A stretch of 28,461 nt of DNA from Candidatus Faecivivens stercoripullorum (GTDB lineage Bacteria > Bacillota > Clostridia > Oscillospirales > Ruminococcaceae), in the NCBI GenBank assembly GCA_018715285.1, contig DVLW01000203.1, positions 1 through 28,461 of the forward strand, written 5' to 3'. Under the pieces are notes generated by a model. It was given only the letters and a program-made list of their open reading frames with translations. It was not told the DNA's origin and made no database searches. The translations under genes and the position numbers were made by a program. Positions 1 to 10,722 of the stretch are shown here, piece by piece. How positions within the stretch are numbered: position 1 is the first letter of the stretch; the number at the start of each line of letters is the position of its first letter.

Positions 1-1
1 G

Positions 2-367
2 TCTGTTACACATTTTGAATTGGGTGAACCGGGAGCTTCGGCTGAGTATGAGCTTCTGCAACGTCAGAACGAATACCGTTTTAGACGGGGTACAGCTGCT
101 AAAGAAAATGAACAGCTGAGTACACGGCTTATCCAGCTCTATCATCTGCAGGAAAGCGAACTCTATCCGGGTGTTTATTTTACCAAACGTTGGAATGGAC
201 CGGGACAGACGGATTATACGATGGTGGTCTGGTTTGACGATTACAGCTTCATGTGTTCCATCTGGATGCCATACGATCTGTTTAATGAAGAGGATATCCC
301 GACCTATACCGAGGTAGAGTATTTCTATATCGACACTGACAATCAAACGATGGTTGTTGCGGAATAA
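2..367 (+). CDS. Hypothetical protein, C-terminal part (5'-truncated by the window edge)
   Basis: Frame is open from position 2 (SVTHFELGEPG...) to TAA at 365-367 and is followed by a hairpin. No family motif recognised. Confidence 0.7.
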   Translation, partial: SVTHFELGEPGASAEYELLQRQNEYRFRRGTAAKENEQLSTRLIQLYHLQESELYPGVYFTKRWNGPGQTDYTMVVWFDDYSFMCSIWMPYDLFNEEDIPTYTEVEYFYIDTDNQTMVVAE

Positions 368-375
368 TAACAGGT

Positions 376-410
376 AAGCCAGGTGACAGCGAGTGACTGT
401 CGCCTGGCTT
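376..410 (+). terminator. Hairpin downstream of the first ORF, probable terminator
   Basis: AAGCCAGGTGACAG-CGAGTGA-CTGTCGCCTGGCTT inverted repeat 8 nt after the stop codon; U-tract is weak. Confidence 0.5.
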
Positions 411-434
411 GTCTATTTAACATGATAACAAATC

Positions 435-472
435 AAAAAAGGTGCTCTCCCCGAAGGAAGAACACCTTTTTT
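435..472. terminator. Bidirectional intrinsic terminator
   Basis: AAAAAAGGTG...CACCTTTTTT between convergent genes, with A6/T6 flanks. Confidence 0.75.
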
Positions 473-486
473 ATATATAAAGCTGC

Positions 487-1968
487 TTATTCAGCAGAAT
501 CGTCCGATGCTGCGTTGGGGTTTTCGATCAGCGTGACTTCAGCCGACAGCATCTTGCCGCCGCGTTCAACGGTAACGGTTACAACGTCGCCCGGCTGTTT
601 GTCTGCCAGATAATCGGTGACATTCGCCAGTTCATTGACGATGGTATCATCGATACTGATGATACGGTCACCCGAAGCCAGACCTGCATCAGCGGTCGAC
701 TGCTCGGTTACCTTAACAATGTATACACCAGCGGAAGAATAGCCATACTGAGCCGCCTGCTGTGCATTGAGGGTAGTTGCAGTGATACCGAGGATTGCAC
801 GGTTGGTAGTCTGGGTAGCGCCGTTTTCATCGGTAGTGGACTGGCTGCCTTCCGGAGGAGTATAGCTGCCGGTGGTAATCAGCGAGTTTGCAATCTCCAT
901 CGCACGGTTGGAAGGAATTGCAAAGCCGAGGCCTTCCGCGTCACTGTCGGAAGATTTCGCGTTGACGATACCAATCAGCTCACCGCGGGAATTGAACAGT
1001 CCGCCGCCAGAGTTACCGGGGCTTACAGGTGCGGAAGTCTGGAATACGTTGATGACCGTCTGGATGATGCTTGCGTCGGAATCATACGAACCGCCAAACA
1101 TCGAATTCCAGTAATCATACTGGCTGTTGCCGCTGTTATTGTTTGCGCTGTCGTCATCGTTGTAAACGGTCAGCTGCATCGAAATATCACGGCTGACTGC
1201 CGAAATCAGGCCATCGGTGATCGAACCGCTGAAACGGCCTTCAGGGTTACCAACTGCGTAAACCTGCTCACCCTGAACAACCTGGCTGCTGTCGGCGATC
1301 TCAGCTGCGGTCAGGCCGGTTGCTTCAATCTTAACGACTGCGATATCGTTTTCCGGATAAGCGCCGACCAGTGTTGCATCATAAATGGTGCCGTCGGAAA
1401 GCTGAACCTTGATGGTGTCTGCGCCTTCGATGACGTGGTCACAGGTCAGGATGTAACCGTCTTCCGAAATGATAACGCCGCTGCCTGCGCCGCTCTCAAC
1501 CTGAGAACCAAACCAGAAGTTGGAAGTAGTCATCCGTTCGGTAGTGATTGCAACAACCGACGGTTCAGTCTTTGCGGCAATCTCAGCCGAAGTCAGCGCG
1601 CCATCTTCAGAAGCAGCTGAAGTACTGCCGTTTTCGGTTGTCTCAACGCGCTGGACGACAATCCGGTCGACCTGCTGGTAAGCAAGGGTGGAACCGAGGT
1701 AACCGCCGCCGACTGCCAGTGCCGCAATCAGTACGGCAAACAGGCAGCTGCCAAGCCAGCGCATATTTTTCTTCTTTTTAGGCTGCTGCGGAGGAACTTC
1801 CGAGCCATCTGCCGGAGGGAAGATATCCGGCTGGACAGGCGGCTGGTTAAACTGATTGTCCGCTGCATTTTCATTGACATTGGGGTTCTGGTTCAGATTC
1901 TGCTGATTCTGATCCATATTGTTATTCTGATTGAGGTTCTGATTCTGATTCATGTAATTTCCATCCAT
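487..1968 (-). CDS. htrA: HtrA/DegP-family membrane-anchored serine protease with one PDZ domain
   Basis: GSGVII motif; catalytic His (TCDHV), Asp (NDIAV) and Ser (PGNSGGGL); N-terminal TM helix; C-terminal PDZ (LGI...GDRIISID); AGGAGAG RBS before ATG 1968. Confidence 0.93.
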   Translation of the reverse strand: MDGNYMNQNQNLNQNNNMDQNQQNLNQNPNVNENAADNQFNQPPVQPDIFPPADGSEVPPQQPKKKKNMRWLGSCLFAVLIAALAVGGGYLGSTLAYQQVDRIVVQRVETTENGSTSAASEDGALTSAEIAAKTEPSVVAITTERMTTSNFWFGSQVESGAGSGVIISEDGYILTCDHVIEGADTIKVQLSDGTIYDATLVGAYPENDIAVVKIEATGLTAAEIADSSQVVQGEQVYAVGNPEGRFSGSITDGLISAVSRDISMQLTVYNDDDSANNNSGNSQYDYWNSMFGGSYDSDASIIQTVINVFQTSAPVSPGNSGGGLFNSRGELIGIVNAKSSDSDAEGLGFAIPSNRAMEIANSLITTGSYTPPEGSQSTTDENGATQTTNRAILGITATTLNAQQAAQYGYSSAGVYIVKVTEQSTADAGLASGDRIISIDDTIVNELANVTDYLADKQPGDVVTVTVERGGKMLSAEVTLIENPNAASDDSAE

Positions 1969-2290
1969 AGTGATCTCTCCTGTCGGGTATATTTAGCCGG
2001 AAGGTTGTCTCCCGGCGGAGCCTCTTGTTTACAGTTCATATTATGCCAGCATGAGTTTATGGCTGTGTGATGAAAAAATGGATTTAGATTAAACATTTAT
2101 CGAAGAATTAAGGCCAAAATAAGGCTAAAGTATCTTTTTATTCATTTTTACCCATCTGCAAATCCAGATATTTCCCCAAAATCCCCATTTGTGCGGAAAG
2201 AAAACTATTTAAGACAAATCCTTCGACCCGATTCGACACACAATCTTCTTTCGGTACGGTATAATAATGTCAGGAAAAGGAGGTTACAGT

Positions 2291-3196
2291 ATGAATTTGT
2301 TTGAAACAACAAATATCGGTCCCCTGACGCTGCCCGGTCATCTGATCCGCTCAGCCGTCGCCGAAGGACTTGCCGGGAAAAATGGCGAACCCCTTCCTCA
2401 GCTCGCCGCACACTACCGCCAGTTGACTCAAAACCAGACCGCCGCGATTATCTGCGGTCCTATCAGTGTGACTGGCATCAACCGTACACAGCCGCTGCTG
2501 AGCCTGCACAGCGTCAAACAGCTCGACTGCTACAGGCAGCTGACCGATGAAGTACATGATGCAAACGGGACCATTCTGGCACAGCTGTCCTATCCGTCTG
2601 AATGCCAGGAAAACCCGGGTGAAGCCGGATGGCGGCTGCTCCGGTCGCTGGAACGCAGCTATTCCCACTCTGCCGCCAAAGCCAAAGAGGCAAACTTTGA
2701 CGGAATCCAGCTGGATTTCACCTGTTATTCACTGCCCGGATGTTTTCTCTCGCTGCTGTATAACCAGCGCCGGGATGAATACGGCGGCGATATCCATGCA
2801 CGCATCCGGTTCCCAAGAGATATCCTGCGGGCAGTAAGGCGGGCAGTCGGACCGGATTACCCGATCTGGGTATCTCTGGAATCGGACGTCAACCGGATTT
2901 CGGTACAGGATCTGCTGATGACAGGCCAGTATCTCGCTTCGGCCGGAGCCGGTGCAATCGAAGTCTGCGGCAGTTTTCCGCCTCATCCGCCCCAACAGTT
3001 TGATGATTCGCTGCTTCCGCAGATACACCCGGCAGAGATGCTTTCCCGTATCGTTCCGGTCCCGGTCATCCTCACCGCCGGAATCAAAACGGTTATGGAG
3101 ATGCAATTGATTGCCCAAAGAAGCAAAATCCGATTTTTCGGTCTGTCAAAACAGTTGGAAGAAGACCCGGGATTTATTTATCGGATGATTCGGTGA
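2291..3196 (+). CDS. NADH:flavin oxidoreductase/Old Yellow Enzyme-like protein with degenerate catalytic motif
   Basis: LFETTNIGPLTL...IRSA, FDGIQL, FLS.LYNQRRDEYGG.IHARIRF motifs. Start moved to ATG 2291 behind GGAGG. Confidence 0.8.
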   Translation: MNLFETTNIGPLTLPGHLIRSAVAEGLAGKNGEPLPQLAAHYRQLTQNQTAAIICGPISVTGINRTQPLLSLHSVKQLDCYRQLTDEVHDANGTILAQLSYPSECQENPGEAGWRLLRSLERSYSHSAAKAKEANFDGIQLDFTCYSLPGCFLSLLYNQRRDEYGGDIHARIRFPRDILRAVRRAVGPDYPIWVSLESDVNRISVQDLLMTGQYLASAGAGAIEVCGSFPPHPPQQFDDSLLPQIHPAEMLSRIVPVPVILTAGIKTVMEMQLIAQRSKIRFFGLSKQLEEDPGFIYRMIR

Positions 3197-3227
3197 ATGT
3201 GTACCATCATTTTTCACAAAAACCATG

Positions 3228-3256
3228 TAGACACAGATGGATTCCTGTGCTATCAT
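3228..3256 (+). promoter_or_regulatory. sigma-A promoter for the hydrolase-acetyltransferase pair
   Basis: TAGACA-17 bp-TATCAT with extended -10 TG. Confidence 0.6.
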
Positions 3257-3343
3257 AATGATAGTAAGTCTGTCCCACGTTTGCCGGGTACAGACACACA
3301 CTGCTGCCGGAAATGATTTCCCGCAGTTTAAGGAGGGACCATC

Positions 3344-4348
3344 ATGCCGCGATTTAAACTGATTTCCGAAAAGAATTATATGAATCAGATGAATACCCGC
3401 GTTATTCCATCGCTCAAACCCTATCACACCGGCGGAACCGTCGAACGTATCGGCGGACAGCCGGTCCGGTGGGACTATTACCGCTGCCCGAACGCACGGG
3501 GAAGCATCATGATTTCCCATGGGTTCACCGAAAGCGGATATAAATTTATCGAAATGGTCTATTATTTTCATAAGATGGGGCTTAACGTCTGTACCGTCGA
3601 CCACCGCGGCCACGGCCGTTCCTGGCGCGGCGTGGACGAAGTTTCACTGACAGATGCGGATGACTTTTATGATTATGTACTCGATCTGCGCCAGGTGACG
3701 CTGGATGTGCTGCAAAAGAAGGGCGACGGCCCCTACCTGATTTACGGGCATTCGATGGGCGGCGCAATTGAAGCGGTACTGCTCAAACGTTTTCCTGACC
3801 TCTATTCAGCGGCGATCTTCAATGCCCCGATGATTCGCGCACAGACCGGCGGACTGCCGCTGGCACTCACCGGACTGATTGCCAAAATCGCTGTCCGGCT
3901 GGGATGGGGACAGAAACCTGTCTTTGTCCACCGGCTGTATGACCCCGAGGAATCGTTTGAAGAAAGTCCGGCCACTTCCAAAGCACGTTTTGAGTGGTAC
4001 AGCGATATGCGCCGACGCAATCCTTTTTACCGCAACAACGCCGCAACTTATAAATGGCTTCGCGAAACAGTCAAGGTCTGTACTGAACTGACCGGCAAAT
4101 ACGGTACCAGAGGTATCCGTATCCCGACGGTATTTTACATCGCCCAGCAGGATACCTTTGTCGACAGCGGCGCAATCCGAACCTTTGCTTCAAAGATTCC
4201 CCATGCGCGTATTGTCCAGATTCCGGCCTCGAAACATGAGATTTACCGGAGCGGAAACGACGCACTGGAAGTCTACCTCAATTCGATTGAAGCGTTCATC
4301 GATGAAAATATCGATGCGTCTGAAAGTGAAACCCAAAGGAGCGATTGA
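3344..4348 (+). CDS. Alpha/beta hydrolase, lysophospholipase L2/monoacylglycerol lipase-like
   Basis: SHGFTES, DHRGHGRS, nucleophile elbow GHSMGG, C-terminal KHEIY; AAGGAGG RBS. Confidence 0.88.
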   Translation: MPRFKLISEKNYMNQMNTRVIPSLKPYHTGGTVERIGGQPVRWDYYRCPNARGSIMISHGFTESGYKFIEMVYYFHKMGLNVCTVDHRGHGRSWRGVDEVSLTDADDFYDYVLDLRQVTLDVLQKKGDGPYLIYGHSMGGAIEAVLLKRFPDLYSAAIFNAPMIRAQTGGLPLALTGLIAKIAVRLGWGQKPVFVHRLYDPEESFEESPATSKARFEWYSDMRRRNPFYRNNAATYKWLRETVKVCTELTGKYGTRGIRIPTVFYIAQQDTFVDSGAIRTFASKIPHARIVQIPASKHEIYRSGNDALEVYLNSIEAFIDENIDASESETQRSD

Positions 4349-4349
4349 C

Positions 4350-4991
4350 ATGAACGAGGAAAACAAGATTTTTGCCGGTGAACTCTTTTCTCCCGGCGCG
4401 CCGGAACTGAAAGCAATTAAACTGCGGTGCCATAATCTGTGCAGTGAGTATAACCGTACTTTTGAGGATGAAACCGAAAAGCGTTCCGAGCTGGTTCATC
4501 AGATTTTTGCCGAATTTGGCGAAGCAAGTTTTATCCAGGGCCCGATGCAGATTCATTACGGACAGCATACCCGTATTGCAGACCATGTCTTCATCAACTT
4601 CAACCTGACCATTCAGGACGACGCCAAGGTCACTATCGGTGCACACTGCAATTTCGGCCCCAACGTCACGATTGTCACACCGCTGCACCCGATGGTTGCA
4701 TCCGAGCGCCGTTGCGTCTATAATCCGGACGGCAGTGAAAAGCGTGTCTGCTGGGCAAAACCGGTTACAATTGGAAGTGACTGCTGGTTTGGAGCGAATG
4801 TCACCGTCTGTCCGGGCGTCACGATTGGAGACGGGTGCGTCATCGGTGCAGGCAGCGTCGTCACCCGCGATATTCCGCCAAACTCGTTTGCGGCAGGTGT
4901 CCCGGCAAGGGTCATCCGCGAAATTACAGATGCCGACAGTCTTGCTCATCAGCCGGAATTACTGGGTGAGCTGAAAGTCAAACCGGAATAA
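4350..4991 (+). CDS. Maltose/galactoside O-acetyltransferase family (hexapeptide repeat)
   Basis: Left-handed beta-helix repeats (PVTIGSDCWFGANVTVCPGVTIGDGCVIGAGSVVTRDIP...AGVPARVIR). True start ATG 4350 behind AAGGAG, 1 nt after the upstream stop. Confidence 0.9.
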   Translation: MNEENKIFAGELFSPGAPELKAIKLRCHNLCSEYNRTFEDETEKRSELVHQIFAEFGEASFIQGPMQIHYGQHTRIADHVFINFNLTIQDDAKVTIGAHCNFGPNVTIVTPLHPMVASERRCVYNPDGSEKRVCWAKPVTIGSDCWFGANVTVCPGVTIGDGCVIGAGSVVTRDIPPNSFAAGVPARVIREITDADSLAHQPELLGELKVKPE

Positions 4992-5010
4992 ACACAAATT
5001 ATATGATGAT

Positions 5011-5056
5011 AAAAGCCAGATTTCCGCCGGGCAGCCCGGTCAGAAATCTGGCTTTT
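5011..5056. terminator. Bidirectional intrinsic terminator
   Basis: AAAAGCCAGATTTC...GAAATCTGGCTTTT perfect 14-bp inverted repeat between convergent genes. Confidence 0.8.
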
Positions 5057-5081
5057 CTGATAGATCTGTATCTGGAACTGA

Positions 5082-7901
5082 TTACATACCAAGCAGTGGT
5101 TTAAGGTACTGGCCGGTATACGACTGCGGCAGCGCTGCAATCTGTTCAGGTGTACCGCATCCGACAATCGTACCGCCGCGGTCACCACCCTCAGGGCCGA
5201 GGTCGATGATATAATCAGCGGTCTTGATGACATCGAGGTTGTGTTCGATGACGATGACGGTATTGCCCTGATCGGTCAGCTGCTGCAAAACATCGATCAG
5301 CATATGCACGTCATAGGTGTGCAGGCCGGTAGTCGGCTCGTCGAGAATATACACCGTCTTACCGGTCGAACGACGGGAAAGTTCGGTTGCCAGCTTGACG
5401 CGCTGTGCTTCACCGCCTGAAAGGGTGGTCGCAGGCTGACCAAGGGTCAGATAACCCAGACCGACCTGATAGAGTGTCTCGATTTTGCGGCGGATTTTGG
5501 GCAGGCTGTCAAAGAAACTGAGTGCCTCTTCGACCGTCATATCCAGAACATCGCTGATGCTCTTGCCCTTATATTTGACTTCCAGCGTCTCACGGTTATA
5601 GCGTTTGCCCTTGCAGACCTCACAGGGGACAAAGATATCCGGCAAAAAGTGCATCTCAATCTTCAAGATACCGTCGCCTTCACAGGACTCACACCGTCCG
5701 CCCTTGACATTGAACGAAAAACGTCCGGAGTCATATCCTCTCAGCTTTGCGTCCGGAGTAGACGCAAACAGTGCACGGATATCGGTAAATACACCGGTAT
5801 AGGTTGCGGCATTGGAACGCGGTGTCCGTCCAATCGGCGACTGGTCAATATCGATGACCTTGTCCACCAGTTCCAGTCCGTCCAGCCCGTCAAAATCACC
5901 CGGACGGACACGTGCAGTCGAGAGTTTCTGTGCCAGTGCCTTATAGAGAAGCTCATTGACCAGACTGGACTTACCGCTTCCTGAAACGCCGGTCACACAG
6001 GTGAAGACCCCAAGCGGGAATTTGACATCGATATTTTTCAGGTTGTTCTGTCTCGCGCCCTTTACCGTCAAAAACTGTCCGGTGCCGGTTCTGCGTATAG
6101 ACGGAACCGGGATATGCCGTGCACCCGAAAGGTACTGGCCGGTCATCGACCGCGGCTCATTGATGATATCCTGCAAGCTGCCGGCTGCGACGATCTCACC
6201 GCCATGCACACCGGCACCCGGACCGACATCGACGATATAATCAGCCGCCCGGATGGTGTCTTCGTCATGTTCGACGACAATCAGGGTATTGCCGATATCC
6301 CGCAGACGTTTGAGGGTTGCAAGCAGCTTGTCATTATCCCGCTGATGCAGGCCAATCGAAGGCTCGTCGAGGATATACAGCACCCCTACCAGACTGGAAC
6401 CGATCTGTGTTGCCAGACGAATACGCTGGCTTTCGCCGCCAGACAATGTTGCCGACGAACGGGACAGGGTCAGATATTCCAGACCGACCGACTGCAAAAA
6501 TCCCAGACGTGCACGGATTTCCTTGAGAATCTGTTCCGCGATCATCCGGTCACGATCAGAGAGTTTGAGCTGGTCGATAAATTCCAGCGCTTCGGTGACC
6601 GACATCCGGCAGAACTGGTTGATATTGATGCCGCCGACAGTGACAGCAAGGTATTCCGGTTTCAGACGCGCGCCATGGCAGTCGGGACAGAGGACACTGG
6701 ACATAACCTGTGTGATTTCCTCCCGAACCCAGCTGGACTGAGTTTCCCGGAAACGGCGTTCGAGGTTGTTGATAACGCCTTCGAATTCGGTGTCATAGGT
6801 ACCGGTACCGTATTCTTTCTGGCGAACCATGTGGATACGTTCGCCGTTTGTACCGTACAAAACCGCGTCTTTCTGCGGACGGGTGAGCTTTTTCCAGGGT
6901 GTATCCAGCGTAAAACCGTAATGCTCGGCAAGTGCCTCATAATACATCTGGGCAATCGTTCCCGAATCGCCGATATACCAGCCGGAAGCCTTGATTGCAC
7001 CGCCTCTGATGGAGAGTTCCTCATTCGGTACGACCATTGCCGGGTCGACTTTCATAAATGTTCCCAGGCCTGTACACTTCGGGCAGGCACCCTGCGGGTT
7101 ATTGAACGAGAACATTCTCGGTTCCAGTTCGCCGACCGAAACGCCATGTTCCGGGCAGGCATACGACTGAGAAAAGGTGATATCCTCTCCTGCCACGTCG
7201 GCAATCATCAGCCCATCAGCCAGTGAAAGCGCCGTTTCGATTGAATCGGTCAGACGGGAACGAATCGACTCGGATACAGTAAGACGGTCGACAACGATTT
7301 CGATATGATGCTTTTTATTCTTTTCCAGCTTGATTTCTTCCGACAGATCGTAAATAATTCCATCAATCCGCACCCGGACAAAACCGCTCTTTCTCGCCGA
7401 TTCCAGCGCCTTGACATGTTCCCCTTTACGTCCTCGGACGATGGGCGCAAGGATTTGCAGCCGGGTTCTTTCCGGGTAGGAAAGCAGCTGATCTACCATC
7501 TGATCGACCGACTGCTGACGGATTTCCCGTCCGCATACCGGACAATGCGGTACACCGATACGGGCATAAAGCAGACGCAGATAATCGTAAATCTCGGTGA
7601 CGGTGCCGACAGTTGAACGAGGGTTTTTGCTGGTTGTTTTCTGGTCGATGGAGATTGCAGGAGAAAGCCCTTCAATCGAATCGACATCGGGTTTTTCCAT
7701 CTGCCCCAGAAACATCCGGGCATAGGAAGACAGGCTCTCGACATACCGCCGCTGCCCGTCTGCATAAATCGTATCAAATGCCAGCGAGGATTTACCGGAA
7801 CCCGACAGTCCGGTAAAAACCACCAGCTGGTCACGTGGGATGGTCAGGTCGATATTTTTCAGGTTATGTTCCCTTGCACCCCGAATCACAATTTCATTCA
7901 T
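5082..7901 (-). CDS. uvrA: Excinuclease ABC subunit A
   Basis: GAREHNLKN, two Walker A motifs ([16 protein letters not shown]), LSGGE signatures, zinc fingers. Start ATG 7901 behind GGAGG. Confidence 0.98.
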   Translation of the reverse strand: MNEIVIRGAREHNLKNIDLTIPRDQLVVFTGLSGSGKSSLAFDTIYADGQRRYVESLSSYARMFLGQMEKPDVDSIEGLSPAISIDQKTTSKNPRSTVGTVTEIYDYLRLLYARIGVPHCPVCGREIRQQSVDQMVDQLLSYPERTRLQILAPIVRGRKGEHVKALESARKSGFVRVRIDGIIYDLSEEIKLEKNKKHHIEIVVDRLTVSESIRSRLTDSIETALSLADGLMIADVAGEDITFSQSYACPEHGVSVGELEPRMFSFNNPQGACPKCTGLGTFMKVDPAMVVPNEELSIRGGAIKASGWYIGDSGTIAQMYYEALAEHYGFTLDTPWKKLTRPQKDAVLYGTNGERIHMVRQKEYGTGTYDTEFEGVINNLERRFRETQSSWVREEITQVMSSVLCPDCHGARLKPEYLAVTVGGININQFCRMSVTEALEFIDQLKLSDRDRMIAEQILKEIRARLGFLQSVGLEYLTLSRSSATLSGGESQRIRLATQIGSSLVGVLYILDEPSIGLHQRDNDKLLATLKRLRDIGNTLIVVEHDEDTIRAADYIVDVGPGAGVHGGEIVAAGSLQDIINEPRSMTGQYLSGARHIPVPSIRRTGTGQFLTVKGARQNNLKNIDVKFPLGVFTCVTGVSGSGKSSLVNELLYKALAQKLSTARVRPGDFDGLDGLELVDKVIDIDQSPIGRTPRSNAATYTGVFTDIRALFASTPDAKLRGYDSGRFSFNVKGGRCESCEGDGILKIEMHFLPDIFVPCEVCKGKRYNRETLEVKYKGKSISDVLDMTVEEALSFFDSLPKIRRKIETLYQVGLGYLTLGQPATTLSGGEAQRVKLATELSRRSTGKTVYILDEPTTGLHTYDVHMLIDVLQQLTDQGNTVIVIEHNLDVIKTADYIIDLGPEGGDRGGTIVGCGTPEQIAALPQSYTGQYLKPLLGM

Positions 7902-8016
7902 AAACTTCCTCCATCCGCTCACCAATGCGCTCCGATGCCGTTTCGCACTTCCGGCGGCCATTATCCGTTTTGGCTATCCCCTTCTCGGTATAACCCATAT
8001 GAACAATTGCATCCTG

Positions 8017-8472
8017 TTAATGATAACCCATCTCCCGCAGTTTTGCAATCAGTTCCGGCGTAATTGCGGGATATGTCCAGATATCTGTCTCATCCGGCAG
8101 TCGGTCAAACAGCTTTCTTTCCGCCATTTCAAAACTTTCCGGCAGTTCGCCGAGCGTTTCAATCTCAGCGAGAAAAACCACGCCGGATGCAGCACCCTTT
8201 GTATCCTCAGAAACATAATCAAAAAGTTCATGAATCGTGAACTTTTCCGCGCCGGTTTCTTCCCACAGCTCACGTTTTGCAGCCTGCAATGGCGTTTCAC
8301 CCGGTTCAATATGTCCGCCGGCGGTTTCGATGGTTGTCCGCTTTTTGTGCCGGCAGAACAGCCATTTACCCTGATATTGTGCAAACATCACGACGTATTT
8401 ATACCGCGCCAGCGAACCCGGCGCAAATACCGCAGAATGCGGTACAGGAACATATTCCATTGTATATTCCAT
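8017..8472 (-). CDS. Nudix hydrolase (YtkD-like clostridial family)
   Basis: Nudix box [23 protein letters not shown]. Start may be 8472 or 8460. Confidence 0.88.
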   Translation of the reverse strand: MEYTMEYVPVPHSAVFAPGSLARYKYVVMFAQYQGKWLFCRHKKRTTIETAGGHIEPGETPLQAAKRELWEETGAEKFTIHELFDYVSEDTKGAASGVVFLAEIETLGELPESFEMAERKLFDRLPDETDIWTYPAITPELIAKLREMGYH

Positions 8473-8499
8473 CCTTTCCGGTAACAGCCAGTCAAAGAA

Positions 8500-10476
8500 T
8501 CATTTCTTTTTCCCGGACGCTTCTAACTCATCCCGGAGTTTAGCGATCTTATCACGAAGCAGTGCAGCCTGCTCGAATTCCAGCAGCTTGGCAGCCTGTT
8601 TCATCTCGGCGGTATACGCCTTAATCAGCTTCTGTTTTTCCTGATCGGACAGTCTGCGACCCTTCTTGTCAATCGTATCGCGGCTGGAAATCTCGAGAAT
8701 TTCCGCAACCGACTTGACAATCGTTTTCGGCGTGATGCCATGTTCCTTATTATACGCCATCTGGATTTTCCGGCGTCGGTAGGTTTCATCCAACGCACGC
8801 TCCATCGACGGCGTGACCGAATCAGCGTACATGATAACGTGTCCATTCGCATTACGGGCAGCACGTCCAATCGTCTGAATCAGTGAAGTTTCGCTTCGCA
8901 GGAAACCTTCCTTGTCCGCGTCCAGAATCGCAACCAGACTGACTTCGGGAATGTCCAGACCTTCACGCAAGAGGTTAATACCGACCAGAACGTCAAACTT
9001 TCCAAGACGCAAATCACGCACAATCTCCATCCGCTCGATGGTATCGATATCATGGTGCATATACCGAACCTTGATGGAAAGTCCGTTCAGGTATTCGGTC
9101 AAATCTTCCGCCATTTTCTTAGTCAGCGTCGTGACCAGAACACGTTCACCTTTAGCGGTACGGGCGTTGATTTCGGTGACAAGGTCGTCGATCTGCCCTT
9201 CAACCGGTTTGACCGTGACCTCAGGGTCGAGCAAACCAGTCGGACGGATGACCTGTTCCGCAAAGTTTTCGCTGTGTTCCCGTTCAAAGGGACCGGGAGT
9301 TGCAGAAACATAAATCACCTGATCCAGCTTTTCCCGGAATTCCTCAAAATTCAGCGGCCGGTTATCCAATGCCGACGGCAGCCGGAATCCGTAATCGATC
9401 AGCACCTGCTTGCGTCCACGGTCGCCGTTGAACATGCCGCGAACCTGGGAAACGGTAACGTGTGATTCGTCGATAAACAGCAGAAAATCCTTGTCAAAAT
9501 AGTCAAGCAGGGTATGCGGAGTCGAACCGGGCGCACGTCCTTCCAGTACACGGGAATAGTTTTCAATTCCCTTGCAAAAGCCGATTTCCTCCAGCATCTC
9601 CATATCATACTTGGTACGCTGTTCAATCCGCTGGGCTTCCAGCAGCTTTCCTTCCGATTTGAACATTTTGATCTGCTGTTCCATTTCCGTCTGGATATTT
9701 TCGATTGCCGTGACCAGCTTTTCCCTTGGAGTGATAAAGTGGGACGCCGGGTAAATTGCGACATGGGAAACAACGGCGCGCACTTCACCGGTCAGCGGAT
9801 TGATTTCACTCAGCCGGTCGATCTCATCGCCCCAGAATTCCACACGGATGGCTGTTTCACCGCTGCCTGCCGGGAAAATCTCGACGGTATCGCCGCGAAC
9901 CCGGAACTTGGTACGGGTAAACGAGATATCATTCCGGTCGTATTGCAGCTCAACCAGCCTGTGGAGCAGCTGGTCACGCGGCAGTTCCATCCCGGTACGC
10001 AGCGAAATGACCATACTTTTATAATCGACCGGTGAACCGAGCGAATAGATACAGGATACACTCGCGACGATAATGACGTCCCGTCTCTCAGACAGCGCAC
10101 AGGTTGCCGAGTGGCGGAGCTTATCGATTTCATCATTGATTGCCGAGTCCTTTTCGATATAGGTATCCGAACCGGGAATATACGCTTCAGGCTGGTAATA
10201 ATCGTAATACGAAACGAAGTACTCGACCGCGTTTTCCGGGAAAAATTCCTTGAACTCAGAACACAGCTGTGCGGCAAGGGTTTTGTTATGGGCCAGCACC
10301 AGCGTCGGTTTATTGATCTGCGCGATGACGTTTGCCATCGTAAAAGTCTTACCAGAACCGGTAACGCCCAGCAATGTCTGCTCCCTGTCACCGGCTCGCA
10401 GACCCGCGACAAGACTTGCGATTGCGGCCGGCTGGTCACCGGTCGGCTGGTAAGGTGCATGCAGTTTGAAATCCAT
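8500..10476 (-). CDS. uvrB: Excinuclease ABC subunit B
   Basis: [40 protein letters not shown]-terminal UVR coiled coil (FEQAALLRD); GGAGG RBS. Confidence 0.98.
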   Translation of the reverse strand: MDFKLHAPYQPTGDQPAAIASLVAGLRAGDREQTLLGVTGSGKTFTMANVIAQINKPTLVLAHNKTLAAQLCSEFKEFFPENAVEYFVSYYDYYQPEAYIPGSDTYIEKDSAINDEIDKLRHSATCALSERRDVIIVASVSCIYSLGSPVDYKSMVISLRTGMELPRDQLLHRLVELQYDRNDISFTRTKFRVRGDTVEIFPAGSGETAIRVEFWGDEIDRLSEINPLTGEVRAVVSHVAIYPASHFITPREKLVTAIENIQTEMEQQIKMFKSEGKLLEAQRIEQRTKYDMEMLEEIGFCKGIENYSRVLEGRAPGSTPHTLLDYFDKDFLLFIDESHVTVSQVRGMFNGDRGRKQVLIDYGFRLPSALDNRPLNFEEFREKLDQVIYVSATPGPFEREHSENFAEQVIRPTGLLDPEVTVKPVEGQIDDLVTEINARTAKGERVLVTTLTKKMAEDLTEYLNGLSIKVRYMHHDIDTIERMEIVRDLRLGKFDVLVGINLLREGLDIPEVSLVAILDADKEGFLRSETSLIQTIGRAARNANGHVIMYADSVTPSMERALDETYRRRKIQMAYNKEHGITPKTIVKSVAEILEISSRDTIDKKGRRLSDQEKQKLIKAYTAEMKQAAKLLEFEQAALLRDKIAKLRDELEASGKKK

Positions 10477-10547
10477 CCCAAAATCCCTCCCACAAATTTT
10501 TACGGCAACGGCCCAAACGGCTGTCCATCCGACATGATTACCCTGAA

Positions 10548-10556
10548 ATTATACCA
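10548..10556 (-). promoter_or_regulatory. Extended -10 promoter for uvrB
   Basis: TGGTATAAT on the minus strand about 70 nt upstream of the uvrB ATG; no clear -35. Confidence 0.55.
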
Positions 10557-10644
10557 TATCCGGCAGCAAAAGTACAGCCGTCCGGCAAACATTTATTCCA
10601 AAATTCCGAATAAAAGACCTTTATCATCCTTTTCCGATTATAGA

Positions 10645-10673
10645 TTGACACGGCCAATCCGGCACGGTATACT
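10645..10673 (+). promoter_or_regulatory. Consensus sigma-A promoter with no downstream plus-strand gene
   Basis: TTGACA (10645-10650), 17-bp spacer, TATACT (10668-10673). Confidence 0.6.
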
Positions 10674-10691
10674 GATTTTGAACAGACTGTC

Positions 10692-10722
10692 AAAAAAATA
10701 CCCTGCCCGAAGCCGGACAGGG
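10692..10722 (-). terminator. Intrinsic terminator of radC
   Basis: Minus strand CCCTGTCCG-GCTT-CGGGCAGGG-TATTTTTTT, about 20 nt after the radC stop. Confidence 0.8.

Noticed and set aside
4320-4984. CTGAAAGT(G/C)AAACC at both ends of the acetyltransferase gene as a target-site duplication
   Set aside because: Only 13/14 nt, both copies lie inside coding sequence, and there are no other signs of insertion; compatible with chance.
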